A stretch of DNA of 64,000 nucleotides from assembly GCA_905178155.1 (NCBI GenBank), contig CAJINV010000008.1:2294001-2358000 (forward strand). Reading direction: 5' to 3'. A model generated the notes under the pieces. That model was given only the letters and a program-made list of their open reading frames with translations. It had not been told where the DNA came from and did no database searches. A program made the position numbers and the translations under genes. This document shows positions 22,901 through 35,000 of the stretch, piece by piece (position 1 is the stretch's first letter; every line of letters starts with the position of its first letter). This stretch comes from Amoebophrya sp. A120. Its lineage: Eukaryota; Protista; Dinoflagellata.

Positions 22901-25364
22901 ACTCCAGTCTCTTCTACAACAACGCGACCACCTCCTGCGTACATGACCAACGCATGAACAACATATGAAATGCAAAAGTATCGTACTAGTAGAAATCGCA
23001 TGACAAATTTCCTCAGCATGAGAAATGAAATTTGTAATGGGGATTTGACCACCACCACTTGAGAAAGAAACTTGTAATGCGTGACTGCGATTAGTACGAG
23101 TGCGATACTTCTTTTGCACAGGATACAACGCGGGCAGCTACCACAACAGCTTGGAGCAGTTTATGGCGTTCTCAAACGTTACATTCTCAACTGTTACATG
23201 GATTTGTGATGCAAAAACAGCGAATAGGGAAAGGTTGGGCGAGCTTGCAAGTCTCGCATCACATTTAGACGCTGCCTAGCCCTTCGAGACTTTGTCATGC
23301 GAAGCAGCTTGATAGTCTGGCGGCTCATGATCATTTTGCATGACAAATCGTGTAACAGTTGAGAATGTAACATTTGAGAGCGCCATACAGTTTTCCCAGT
23401 TCCGGTACTGGTCCCGAATTCGAAATCACATGGATTTCCCGTTCCTCTTCGTGCACGTATGAGAGTGCACAAGTCGTCTTTCCCGATGCTGTTTCAGGTG
23501 CTGCAGGCGTTGTCCGGCAAGGCAGTGCTGAAATGCAGTGCTTGTCGTTGCGTTTTACTTTTATTTGCATGGCACTACTCCATCAATTTCAGTAGAAATA
23601 CTTGAGCGCCGTCACTCAGACTTAGAGAGAGAAGTTGTGCACTCTGATACCACGTGGAGGGCAAGGAGAACCGGGATTACGACAGCTATCCTGAGTAAAA
23701 ACGTACCCACACCAGAGTTGTCATGCCAATCTGCATGCCAAAAAAGTTTCTCATGCGGAGCCCCATGCGAAAGCGAACCATTTTCTCGCCGTGTTTTGGG
23801 ATTTGTGATGCTAGAATCAGCATGATATCCTAGATCTGTGACGCTTCGGAACTAGCTAAACAGGATTACACTACGAGGACAAACTTGTAATGCGAAACAA
23901 CCAAAGGTGGCTGATTTGTCTAGCGGATTTCCCAGCTTGACTCTGGTGTGGGTACGTTTTTACACAGGATAACAGCCCGAGTTGGTTTAACGATGTGGAA
24001 ATCGAAACCCTGTGGGAGTATTTGACCTCTCTGTTTCAGGAGTTTGGCGAGGGCGATCCGCGGCACTTACCGGGATCGCCGCACTACTTTCCCGGCGGCA
24101 CGACGGGCCAGTTTCTGAAGCCCCAGAGCGTCGGCGTCATTGCGCCCTATCACAAGCAAGTCATGAAGCTGAAGGCGAAACGGATGGCCTATGGCCGCCA
24201 GCTGCACCCGCAAGCCGCCGCTGCGCTGAAAATTGGAAGTGTGGAAAACTTTCAGGGGCAGGTATCTATGTTGAATCATCGGTACTTCTTGCGGCAATCG
24301 TTGTTCGGATAAGTAAAGCTAATTTTTTTCCGTTGGTGCTACGCCATGAATGATAGAAGTTGGAGATGGCATTTGGATTTGCAGTTCCGGACTTCCTGGA
24401 TCATGTTGTCTGATTGTTATTACTTGAATGATTTCCCCCGGTATAGAAACTTCTACGAAACGCTACACAGGAAAACGACGTGATTTTCATGTCGACCGTG
24501 CGCTCGAAGTTCGACGACGAGATCAAGCAGGACCTTCGCATGATGCTCGGCTTCGTCGGTTCCCGGCAGCGGCTCAATGTCGCGCTGTCGCGCGCCCGCC
24601 AGCTGCTGGTCATCGTCGGCAATGGGAAGCTCTTGTCCTTTATCAACTGTAAAAATGTCTGGGTCTGGAAGAGTCATGCTGTTTCTGCATGACACAGAAG
24701 GTCTGGCATGGAAGCTCTAGCATCACAGGTCCCGAGAAGCTTCCGCAATGCCGAACCCGCATGACAAATCCCCCATTTTGGTGACAGAAAGTGAGTAGCT
24801 TTTGCTACCTATGCATGAGAGATTTTTGTGTGTTCTGAAATGCGCATCACAGGTTACATCCTTCCAGACCCAGACATTTTTACATTTCATATCCTTGGAC
24901 CGCTCGTGGAACGTCCTGCTGCGCATGGCCTGTCGCTGTGGCATATCAAAAGTAAAAGTGTCTGGGTCTGGAAGGATGCGAACTTGTCATGCATATTTTC
25001 CATGCCCCATGAGGTCTGGAATGCACGACCTAGCATGACAGGTTTTGCGAAGTCTCTATCATCCCAATCCTGCATGAGAAACTCCCTCCAAAGTTGGTCG
25101 AAAGTGGACAGCTTTTCGCACTCACGCAACACAGATTTCTGCATGATTCGGATTTAGCATGACAAGTTGCAATCTTCCAGACCCAGACACTTTTACAGTT
25201 GATATGGCAGCGTCCACGGGAAGTTGCGGGAGAGCGATTTGAGGCCGCACGAGCAGAGCAAGACCGTGGAGGGCTTTGATTTGGAACTGTTGCACCAGCA
25301 AAACGACCCGACCGAGTTCTTCGCGAACTGCGACCTGCCCTGGCGGAGTGCGGAGCAGATTTAA
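16910..25364 (+). CDS. MOV10/SDE3/Armitage-like UPF1-family (SF1) RNA helicase
   Basis: Reconstructed motifs: LYAEELQQLADIQWYDL, VPGLAEKRPSVLKGD, GPPGTGKT, CTPSNHSAD, LIDEAGQALEPE, GDPNQLGPVVRS, SYRAHP, FPFLFVHVEGKENRDYDSPSWFN, GVIAPYHKQV, GSVENFQGQENDVIFMSTVRS, RLNVALSRAR. 11 introners plus GT-AG introns ~20301-20713 and 24262-24470. Possible alternative last exon 25448-25557. Confidence 0.92.
18065..18361. mobile_element. Introner, degenerate family A-like
   Basis: CGATCTGGGT/ACCCAGATCG inverted pair; TSD ACGAC/CCGAC; frame restored. Confidence 0.8.
19093..19405. mobile_element. Introner, family E
   Basis: TIR TATTACAGTGAAAAGTGCCCCC; TSD AGTTG. Confidence 0.95.
19518..19755. mobile_element. 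Introner, family D
   Basis: TIR TATGGAGTTCTCAAATGTTACATTCTCAACTGTTACATG; TSD TGGCA. Confidence 0.95.
19817..20095. mobile_element. Introner, family C
   Basis: Perfect 32-bp TIR TATCCTGAGTAAAAACGTACCCACACCAGAGT; TSD ACACA. Confidence 0.95.
21549..21791. mobile_element. Introner, family B-related (old)
   Basis: TATCCTCTACAAAAGTCTATTT / AAATAAACTTTTGCAGAGGATA; TSD eroded (GTCCC/CTCGT), but removal of element plus 5 nt restores the frame. Confidence 0.8.
22964..23125. mobile_element. Introner, family B
   Basis: Family B TIR; TSD CAACA/CAACG. Confidence 0.92.
23162..23387. mobile_element. Introner, family D
   Basis: Family D TIR; TSD CAGTT. Confidence 0.95.
23458..23649. mobile_element. Introner, family F
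   Basis: TATGAGAGTGCACAA / TTGTGCACTCTGATA; TSD GCACG/CCACG; rebuilds FVHVEGKE. Confidence 0.9.
23687..23971. mobile_element. Introner, family C
   Basis: Family C TIR; TSD ACAGC; rebuilds DYDSPSWFN. Confidence 0.95.
24641..24891. mobile_element. Introner, family A
   Basis: Family A TIR; TSD TCCTT. Confidence 0.95.
24944..25204. mobile_element. Introner, family A
   Basis: Family A TIR; TSD TGGCA. Confidence 0.95.
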
Positions 25365-26107
25365 AATTTGAAGTTTTGGCATCATGCACTCAACATGATA
25401 CTGATAGATAAACGAATGCAATAACTAATTTTTCCACGATCACGCAGAACAAGAAGAGTCGAGTGACCTGCTCGACGAGTTGGAACACTTTTGCGGCGGC
25501 GGTGGGGGTGGAGTGTCGCCCGTTGCATTTCGCAAAGTGACTGAAGATATGAAGTGACTTGCTGTGCTACCTCAACCTCAGAGCTCCTTGTTTTCAGGAT
25601 TCATGTTCTCGCTGACTGAGTGGCACGAATCCGAATACCTCTGCTGTTCTGCAGCTATTCGCTCTTCGTCGCTTTGTCCTGTGATGTTGAGATTTCGCCG
25701 TTTTTGATAGCATCGCGTCTCGACCGATATCTTCATCACGAGTTGAGGAAACGGAGAGATGATCGACGATGAAACGTCGATTGCATGTCAACTTAAAAAA
25801 TTATCGCTAGTGGAGTCGTGTGCTGTGGTACTATGTATGACGAGCATCAACTAGGAGGGCACTCCAGCGAGGTTGCAATGCGATTTCAGCAGCTTAAGGC
25901 AAAAGAATTGCAAGCGCGTGTATGATTATGTGAGTATCGTGAGGGTTGTTCATTTAATCCGCGGGCGCAGAAGATCCGGATTTCCACACTGAAAAAACAT
26001 TCGCATCGAGGTCCTTGAGGTCTGCCTTCGACTTGCATCTTGGAAGAGACCACCACGTGGTTTCAATCGAGCAGTTCAACAAGAGCAACCAGCGTTGTTC
26101 AGTGCCA

Positions 26108-27718
26108 ATGCGATTACTTTTCCCTCTCTCGCTCGCAATCCTTCACGAATCAGCCTACTTCGTCGCGACTGCCATTTCGGTAGAGAACAAGGGACCAGTT
26201 CAAAAAGAGGCTGCTGAAGCGCGATTTGGTCGTCGCGGCGAGACACTAAACGATGACGCAGTTGGCGCCGGCGTACCAGCACAGCGAAACCAATTGGAGC
26301 CCACTTCGATTCCTCGTGTCGTCGAGGAGGACGTAGCGAGATCTTCGGAGGTCGTGGTGGCAACGAAGGCTATCGACCGGGATCTTCGAGATTCCGCAGC
26401 GAATAAAGTATCACGACCCGTCCGCACGGAGTTCGAAGAGAGGAGCAGCTCCACGACTACTTTTCTGCACGAAATTGATGAGATCGGGAGCGTGCGAGGC
26501 AAGATCAAGAAGAAGCGTGTACTTTCAACAGTGGACAACGGGAACAGCACGAAGACATGGAATCCAGGAGACAGCGATAAAAATGCAGCACCAGATGATT
26601 CTGCTCCACGACCACGCGAGAAGATCGAGCAAGGTGGTGGGGCAGAGGACGTCGAACCGCAGCAGCCTCTGATGCGAAAAGAGCGACCAGGAAAATTGGT
26701 GTCGGGACTGCGCGAAGTAGAAGGTGATTTTGAAGTCGATGACCAGGAACTGCAAGATCGCGAGCAGCAGGGGACTGTTCAGCAAGCTTCGTCAAGTAGG
26801 ATGCAGGACCGAAGTACACCTGGCGTAGGACGAGCTGGAGCTGCAGGCGGGACATCAGGAGATCACGCAGTCTCGGAGCCGGAGGGGAACCACGCTGTGC
26901 CTGCAACTGACGAGATAATGGAAATGCAGACAGGTCGTGATATTGAGGACCTTCCGACGGCGCCGTGGCAACATCTCGACGACAGCGACAACAGTAATCT
27001 CGCAGAATTTGGACATCGGGTTCGTGTCTCACAGGCAAGCCGCATTTACGAGTGCCCTGCTGATTCGAAACCAACCTGCACGGCAGAGGACTGCTACAGC
27101 ACGCACATGAACTCCCATAGCGGGGAAAAAGAGACAGGAGCGTACAAGCGCGGCCCCGATGATGGAGTGTCGTGCCACGGCGGAGAAGACGCAGCCCAGA
27201 CCCAGAGTGCTGGAGACCCCTACACGCTCTCGAGCATTGAGACACTGCTCTCAGAGTGCAAGGGCCTTTGCGACGATATGCGCGCCGAATTTGGGGCTCA
27301 CATGTGTGCGGGTTTTGCCGCCCGCCACTCCAGCGGCCAGCATTACCAGTGTCTTATATACCATCGGCCGGTCCAAGTCCAGCGTGGGGGCACGTCCGGT
27401 AGCAAGTTTTTAAACGCGCATCTCACGCTCTGGTGCGATCCTGACGACCCAAACGTCTGCGACCCAACGACCACCACTACTACATCAACGACCACAACTT
27501 CTAGCACGGCCGCCCCAGGCGGCAGTGGAAAGAGTAGCGGAGTAGATAACAGCACAAATAACGCGTCAAATAAAGAGACTGAGACGGCGTCACCCGGAAC
27601 TTCGGGAGACGCAGCAGCGGCCGAAAGCGGCGGCCTGCTGACTCCGATGAATATGGCAATCGCAGCGGGAGTCATCGTCGCGGGGGGAGCGATCTACTTC
27701 AACTACTTTGCGGTCTAG
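26108..27718 (+). CDS. Secreted or membrane-anchored surface protein with a Cys-rich PAN/apple-like module
   Basis: Intronless ORF. Hydrophobic N-terminus (MRLLFPLSLAILHESAYFVATA), ECKGLC...CAGF...CLIY cysteine spacing, Thr/Ser stalk and C-terminal hydrophobic helix (MAIAAGVIVAGGAIYFNYFAV). Confidence 0.7.
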   Translation: MRLLFPLSLAILHESAYFVATAISVENKGPVQKEAAEARFGRRGETLNDDAVGAGVPAQRNQLEPTSIPRVVEEDVARSSEVVVATKAIDRDLRDSAANKVSRPVRTEFEERSSSTTTFLHEIDEIGSVRGKIKKKRVLSTVDNGNSTKTWNPGDSDKNAAPDDSAPRPREKIEQGGGAEDVEPQQPLMRKERPGKLVSGLREVEGDFEVDDQELQDREQQGTVQQASSSRMQDRSTPGVGRAGAAGGTSGDHAVSEPEGNHAVPATDEIMEMQTGRDIEDLPTAPWQHLDDSDNSNLAEFGHRVRVSQASRIYECPADSKPTCTAEDCYSTHMNSHSGEKETGAYKRGPDDGVSCHGGEDAAQTQSAGDPYTLSSIETLLSECKGLCDDMRAEFGAHMCAGFAARHSSGQHYQCLIYHRPVQVQRGGTSGSKFLNAHLTLWCDPDDPNVCDPTTTTTTSTTTTSSTAAPGGSGKSSGVDNSTNNASNKETETASPGTSGDAAAAESGGLLTPMNMAIAAGVIVAGGAIYFNYFAV

Positions 27719-28170
27719 CCTACAGCTGATGTCGTTTCTTCGAGTAGAAAAATCTCTCTGATTTGGTGAGTATGGAGCTCGAGGCCGAGATGATCAGAAT
27801 GCGCAGTTGTGTCTATCGTCTTGCTTAATTTTGATAAATGGAGTAGTCTGTAGAATTTGAAGCTAAGAAGTACTCACTTACTTAAGTACTCGCGTTACCT
27901 GTAAGTCACGGCAGAAATTGCACTCTATTTTGATTTTTTTCGGTCATGGGCTGGCATTACGAAGGCAGCAGGATGATGCGACAACAGAAGAAACTATATG
28001 ACAAAAATGATCTACATCTACATGTATTTGGGTGGTCTCAGAAGCGAAGAGAGACCCACCTACTGACGTGCTATTCGATTATCTTATCAACATCGCCAAC
28101 GCGATATTTTTCGTTTTCCGCCACTGTGTTCAACCATGGCCGGACACCCACCCGTTCACCTTGCTGGATA

Positions 28171-28299
28171 CCCACCCACCCACCCACCCACCNNNNNNNN
28201 NNNNNNNNNNNNNNNNNNNNNNNNNNNNNNNNNNNNNNNNNNNNNNNNNNNNNNNNNNNNNNNNNNNNNNNNNNNNNNNNNNNNNNCACCCACCCACCC
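28171..28299. repeat. (CCCA)n microsatellite spanning a 94-N assembly gap (28193-28286)
   Basis: CCCA repeats on both sides of the N run. Confidence 0.9.
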
Positions 28300-29063
28300 G
28301 CTCGCCCAAAATCCGTTGTCCCCTCCTACGTGCAGCAGAAGCGGGCAACACTCCGAGATCGAAAAGTATGGGAAAGTCTGGCCGGATGAGATTCTACTTC
28401 TTCAAGCAAGGAGCTATACTTTCTCGAACTCTACGTGTACTAGCAGTAGACCGGTCGGTAGTTTTTCCCAATTCTCGTGTGAGCTCGATCTTCTAGAACA
28501 GTTCATCTTTGTTTGTTTGTTTTTGTCTCCCCGTCGGTCTACTCCGAGGTTTCTTGTTTTCTATCTTTGTGGCTTCTCTGGCTGTGCCTGTGTCTCGTGA
28601 CATTGAAGCGGAGCAGGCTGAAGCAAAAGGAAAAGTAAGAAAGAGGAAAGACCTTCGCAAACTGCAAGTTTTCGTCCCTTCTATTACTGCATTTAAGATG
28701 AAGTGCTGCTGGTTGTGGGCGTAAGTAGGACTTTTTCGTTCAAGATGGACGAGAGACCGAACTTTGGGTTGTTTGCCACCTACCTGGGTGCGGTGGTCGT
28801 CTGCTTGGTGATTCGCTTCCTTACCATCTAAGCAGGTTCGTTTCTACGGACGAGAAATGAAGATGCTGGTACGACCTTCGCCGTTTGAGTGCGTCGACAA
28901 GCTGGCGGCTTATGTGGTCCACTATGCATCAACGTGGTCCACCTCGCGGTCGTGGTGCGACTGTGACTGTGACAGCGAGCAGGGAATAAAAATTGCACCG
29001 CACTGCTGACAGACGCTTGTGAAGATACCTGCACATGCAGCAATATGCTGATTTCCGTCTTCG

Positions 29064-32000
29064 ATGCCCGTGCCGCCAAAACCCAGCGGACGAGGATGTT
29101 GCGAGGTCGTGGAAGCTGTACAAAATGACAAGCCGGCCTTCGAATCACAACCACCAATTACAACTACATGTAGTACCGGTCTTGCGTCCCAGAACTTCAA
29201 CTTGGTCCCGCAAAAAGATATTCCCATCGTCCCGCAGCAATCCTGCAACACCGCAGCCGGCTCATCTCCAAGCGGTAGAAGCACTATCTGTTGTACGACT
29301 ACCGCCAGCACATCGCGAGAGGAAGCGCAAGACCAGGTTCCTCCCACACCAGCTGCGGGCAAGGCGAAATCGTGGGCGTTGCCGAGGCCCGAATTTTCAG
29401 TTTCCGCTGAGGCGCATCTGTCACACTTCCGTGCGAAAACCCTCTCCAAGAAGAACTCGAATCCTCTAAAAAGTTGCTTTCGTGCAACTTCTTCTGCTTC
29501 GGCATCCTCGTCCGGCGGCGCAGCGAATAGGAGTGTAGTTAGAACGGACTCGTCGTCGACCTGTGGTTTGTCGCAGGACATGCCCAACTCGAACTCCTCC
29601 ACACAGCAGCAAGCCCGCGACCGTGAAGTCCAGCAGGAGCCCTTCTACTGGAGTAAGAGCAGCCGTGTTGTAGACCACAGCTGCGGGGGCACGACGCAAC
29701 AAGGTGGCAGAGGACTAGAGAACATCTCAAGAATACAAAAATCCGATGGAGAAGATGCGTGCGCAGCTGGGAATGTCGCAACCTCGACGTCTGCATTCAT
29801 CCAGCAGGCGGCTCCGAAGAATTGTGCCATCAGTGGGGAGACAAGTACGTCGTCGACGACCACCATCACATCTTCGCGGAGCACGGCTGCCTCGTCGTCA
29901 TCCACGACTACCCTCTCGGGCACGCAGAGAGCAACGACGAATACGTGCAGGAACCCGCCGCCCCCGGGTGACGTCAGTCTCTTGCAGCCCGCTTCCACTC
30001 TCGACCCACGAGGACCTGCCGCAGCGCGGGCACGAGCAAAAGGGGTCGTGACTACACGAAGTGAAGATGCCACGACACAACAGAGCCAAGTCCGGCCTGC
30101 TCTATCAGCGTCGACACAAGAACCCTGCAGCTCTGGAAATGCACGAGCGACAGTTGCGCCCACGTCGTCTTCTCCTCCGAAACCAGGGAATTATGCCGCT
30201 GGTCCCTCACTGGCGCGGGCGCCCACACCCAACGGATCCTCCACGAATACGAGCAAAAATCTTCCTCGGGGCAAAAGCAATGGCATGAGCCTGCACCTGC
30301 TGAGCACCGGGCAGCACCCGCGGCAGGCCGACTTCCAGGCAATGGGGTTATGAGACTGCGCAACTCCTCCTCCCCCTCATTTGTATTGCATGAACAGCAA
30401 TAGAAGGGCCTGCAAGAGTGCAGCTCTTGCATGACAAATTTTCACAGGATTGTTAGTGGTTTTTGGGCTGCCAGAGTCATCTGTGATGCTACCACTCCCA
30501 AGGCGCACAGAGTGGATTTGGTATTTTGCATCACAAATGAGAGGGAGGGGGAGTTTTGCACTGTTATAAAGGTACGTGATGAAGCAGATGAAGGGCCAGG
30601 CCGAAAAGCAGGCCGCCGCACAGGCGGACAGGCAGCGGGTGCAAATGTTGCATTTCTTGAAACCGAGGGGGCAGGACCTCCAGCCGAATTCGCAAATAGA
30701 CGAGGCGGAGGTCCACGTCGATGTTGACCAGCAAAGCGACAGCATTTCTTCGACACGAGAAGGCGGAGTAAAACCGAGCAGCTGCACCACAGCAACGGGA
30801 AAGGGTGTGCAGCATGGGAAGAACGCAGACAATAATCGTAATTCCTCAAGTTGTCGTGCTCACTCTGGGTCTGGCTCTGCATCTGCTTCACGTTCATCAC
30901 CAACTTCGAAAACAAGCACCAGCGCTTCCCCCGCGACAAGGTCCTCCCTTCGCGAGTACACTGTCAGGACGCTGTTGGGCGAATCGCCCCGGACAGCACG
31001 GCTAGCTGCACCGACTGATCCCCAACCGCACCCCACGAGCTGCGAAAGAGAGATTGCAATAGGGGCGCCGAGAAACCAGATCCGGTCCTTCTTCGACACG
31101 TATCATGTTGGCAAGCACCCCGTGCGCAGCTACAGTGCCTTCATGCCCCTTGAGTTGTTGCACTACCGGAAGCACCACGCTGACTGGAACACGTTTTCCT
31201 TATGCATTGCAAAAGTATCGTACTAGTATAAATTGCATCACAAATTTTGGCAAGAAGAAAAGTGGAATTTGTAAATGCTGTTTTACCTTAGGAAGGAGAT
31301 TTGTCATGCATATTTGCAATTAGTACGACTACGATGCTTATTTTTGCACAGGATATTCCTACCGGATCAGCAAGTTGGTCCACATCTTTGTACAGAAAAT
31401 GAGCGGAAGGGAGAGGTGGTATTGTTTTGGAGGTCTGGAATTTTCTTCATTGGTCTCAGGATGTTTGAAGTCTCTACATACGGCAGAAGATGTGTAATAC
31501 AGACGGATGCGTTTGTAGTTCCCATCGCTTTGCAATCTCTTTGTTTGCACGTTTATGAATCAGGCATGAAAAAAGGCAGTATGATGTAAGTTGTGTGCTA
31601 TAATACCAGGCGTATGATTCGTCCCGGCGAGTCCTTCTACGCCCTGGACGGCATGACGGCAGCGGAGCGCTTGGTATTCGCTTCGTATTACCTCTGCCCC
31701 CCAAACGCGGTCTTTTGGCACGAAGCCTTCGCGTTGTTCAAATCCGCCGGGTTTCCGAAGGAGAAGGGCATGATCCAGAAAGTGTTTGAGTTTTTGCCTC
31801 ACTTGCCCCCCTCCCTCCCGGATTCGCCGCGTAAGCCTGGTTCTGCAGAGGAGGCAGCAGCATCAAGCGGAAGTGGAGCACAACCTGCAGCGGGCGGAAA
31901 AAGTTCGTCGGTGTCGCAGGACGATATGAATAACACACGTTGTGGTCGTGCGAGTGAGAACGCGTGCACGAGTTCGAATCCTTTGAATAATACAACAAAC

Positions 32001-35000
32001 GCTGCACCTGCAGGAGCCGATGCCGACCTCCAGAAAAAAGTAGATGAGAAACAAGAGAACTACGAGAGGAAGAAGGATCAAGAAACACGAACTACATCTA
32101 CAGGAAAACAGCCACACCAAGGTAATTCTCGCGACACTTTTCGCTTCCCTTGTCCGCCGGATCACGATTTGCGCACGAACCTCTTCCTGCTGTACCGCCG
32201 GACGTGTTGGGAGCAGCACTTTCGCCTGGGTCTCTGGAACTTCGATCGCATGAGAAGGCGGCTGAAGAGCCGTGGAGATGATAAAAACAGTAGTTCCACC
32301 GCAACACTGCAACGAGATCCGATAGATGTAGAAAAGGAAAATCAAAATCTTCACCAAGCAGGAGCGGAAAATAAGGAAAGTCCACCTGGGAGCTCCTCAA
32401 AGGAAAACTTGGACCCGAATAAATTGTTGGTCGGGAGCTCCTCTTCATCTGCAAGTCCAACCACTGGGAAGAAGAAGAAGAAGACTGATCCCGACGCGGC
32501 AGAACGGATAAAAACCGCTTCAATGAATAATTGCAACGCCCTGGTGGCCCAGCCCTCTGCGAGCTTACGCCCGGCAAACGGCGCGAGTACTAAAGCAACT
32601 TCAGCGAAGAATGCTTCGAAAAAAGCAGCTGCAAAAGCAAAAACGGCGAGTAAGAACGCCAATAAAAAAAGTGCGAGTGCTTCTACTACCAAGAAGGACA
32701 GTCCCGAAGCGAAGCAAGCAGATGAAAAGACAAAGAGTTTTTTGTTCTCAGAGAACAATGCGGCCGCCACAAAAACAAATGCGGCAGGTGGAGCTGCCGC
32801 GGCTCCTGTGAAGAACCACGAGCAACAAAAGGCACGAGACTTCTGCCGGAAGACATCCTCTTCAAGCAAACACCTTTCTACGGAAGATGAACACGACCAT
32901 CAGAGTTCTTGCCAGAACGTTCTTCACGCCAGCACTTCCACTTCCAACGCGACGTCTTCGCCGCACGAGTTGTATGATCCGCTTTTCACGACGATAGCGT
33001 TTACGGATCCGCGAAATTATCGAAAGACCTGGATCAGCACTGGTGAGTTCGAAATGACGTACTTCATGACGCAAGTCTTGCTCCGGGTCCGGTCCATGAT
33101 CATTGAGGAGGAAGAGATGGGGCCCCGGTGGGAGTTTCTCCTGGAAAAGCCCTTCCTTTCCCGCATGCTGGAGCACGTGATCGCGTATTTCGACCGCACG
33201 AGACCCATTTTGTTCAAGGACGCCGACCAGTCGGCGCTGCAGGGAGGAAAGCTGTTGCTGGTCGAAAGAGATCCTTTTGAGGAAGAGATAGACAGAGTTT
33301 TTGCACTAGAGCAGAAAAATAATAATCTACAACCCGATGCAGGTGGTCCTGCAGCGCCACCAGCGAATTCAAGTTGTAAGGGAACAACTTCGCTACATTC
33401 CGAGAATTCATCTAGGTGCACACAGAAGAACAAAAGTACCGAATTGCTGCTGGCGCCTGAACGTGGAGTAGACGACGAGGACGATGAGGATGATGAAGCC
33501 GATTTGTACAAAGATCGCAAAGATGGGAACCGCTTTCGCTTTCCCGATCCGGAAGAATTTTCGGACGCTACGGTCTGGGATTTTCTCCAGTACAACTACT
33601 ACCGCGCGCACCAGTTGACGCTGAAAAGCATCTTCGAGCTGAACAAAATCGGCAAGCAATACGCGAGCAAGTTCGAGAGCCATTTTTGTCCCAGGTACTC
33701 CGTGTTTTCCATCGACCCCGTGCCGGAGGTGGGCGAACCCGAACATTATTTGGAGAGGGACCTGGAGCTGATGGTGTTGAACAGTCGTCGGAAGGATGGC
33801 CGTGCTCCGCGTGATCATGTCAGTGGTTCGACGACGTCCAACTCGGAAAGGACCGCAACGAAAAAAGCCAAAACGATGAACGAACAGAAAAATGAAGCAG
33901 AAAATCAATCTGAGGCAAAGAGTGAAGTAGATTCTAAAAGTAGGAACAAGGTGGACAAGGACAATAGTTTTTACAAAAATATCAACAAGTTCAACCACGC
34001 GGCCACGCACCTCGACATCCCGCGGGAATACCCACGTGGAAAGTCGTTTGTCGCTATCGAAGAAGTCGTGCTCGGCCACGACGGAAGCTTTGTGGAGCGA
34101 AGCTACCTGAACAACAGCGGGCTCGAGCAGGCGCCGGACATTGACAAGTTGCTCGTGCGCAGCATGCCCGAGGATCTCAAGGGAACAAGGAAAGAAGTAG
34201 AGACCAGTAGAGCGGAAAACAAGAAAGAAGCCGAAGGACCACGAGAAATTCAACAAGTGATCTGGTAACCAAATGCGTGCGCGCGCGCGCGCAGAGCGCG
34301 CGCCGGCCCACGAAGCCGGCGCGCGCGCTCTGCGCGCTTGCGATATTGCGTAGCAAACGCAGCGCGAAGGCAGTTGCCGTTACCATATAGGGCAACCGCC
34401 GGGAGGCGTGAAGGTCAGGGAAATGGCCAGAAATGAAGTGGGAGAAGGGAAAAAAAGCGGACCAGATGGGAAAATGGCCAGGAGGGCAAAAATGTCGCAA
34501 AAACGGCAGAAACCAAGCGGGAGAAGGTGAAAAAAGAGCATTTTTGCGGTTTGGCCCACTTGATATCTGAAAAATAGACGGACTGTTTTTTGCTCCGCCC
34601 GCTGGGCAGCTGCGTTGGAGAAGCAGGCCCGCGACCTGTCCGGAAGCCTTGGGCCGCTTCGTAACTGGAAAAAGTTGGAAAAAAATGGCAAAAATTTGCT
34701 TCATACCGTGGGCGGAAGCAATCGTCGGATTTTGTCCAGATCCCCCGGGCCACTTGGAAAATGGGAAAAGAAGAAAAATCTTGCAAAAGCGCAATCCCCC
34801 CGCAGGCTTCAAAACTGCCAGTCAGGTGGGGGCGGTGAAAATGTGCAGGTCGCCCGGGCCACTTGGAAAATGAAAAAAGATGAGAAATCGCGCAAAAGCG
34901 CAATCCTTCCGCAGGCTTCAAAACTGCCAGTCAGATGCGGGCGGTAAAAATGTGCAGGTCGCTGGGGCCACTTGGAAAATGAAAAAAGATGAAAAATGGC

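Noticed and set aside
16910-25364. Helicase and phosphatase as frameshifted pseudogenes
   Set aside because: Every break coincides with an introner or a GT-AG intron, and removal gives uninterrupted frames with intact catalytic motifs.
18352-34256. Long minus-strand ORFs (e.g. 18352-19173, 22459-23058, 33408-34256)
   Set aside because: Antisense shadows of GC-rich + strand exons, with no recognisable domains.
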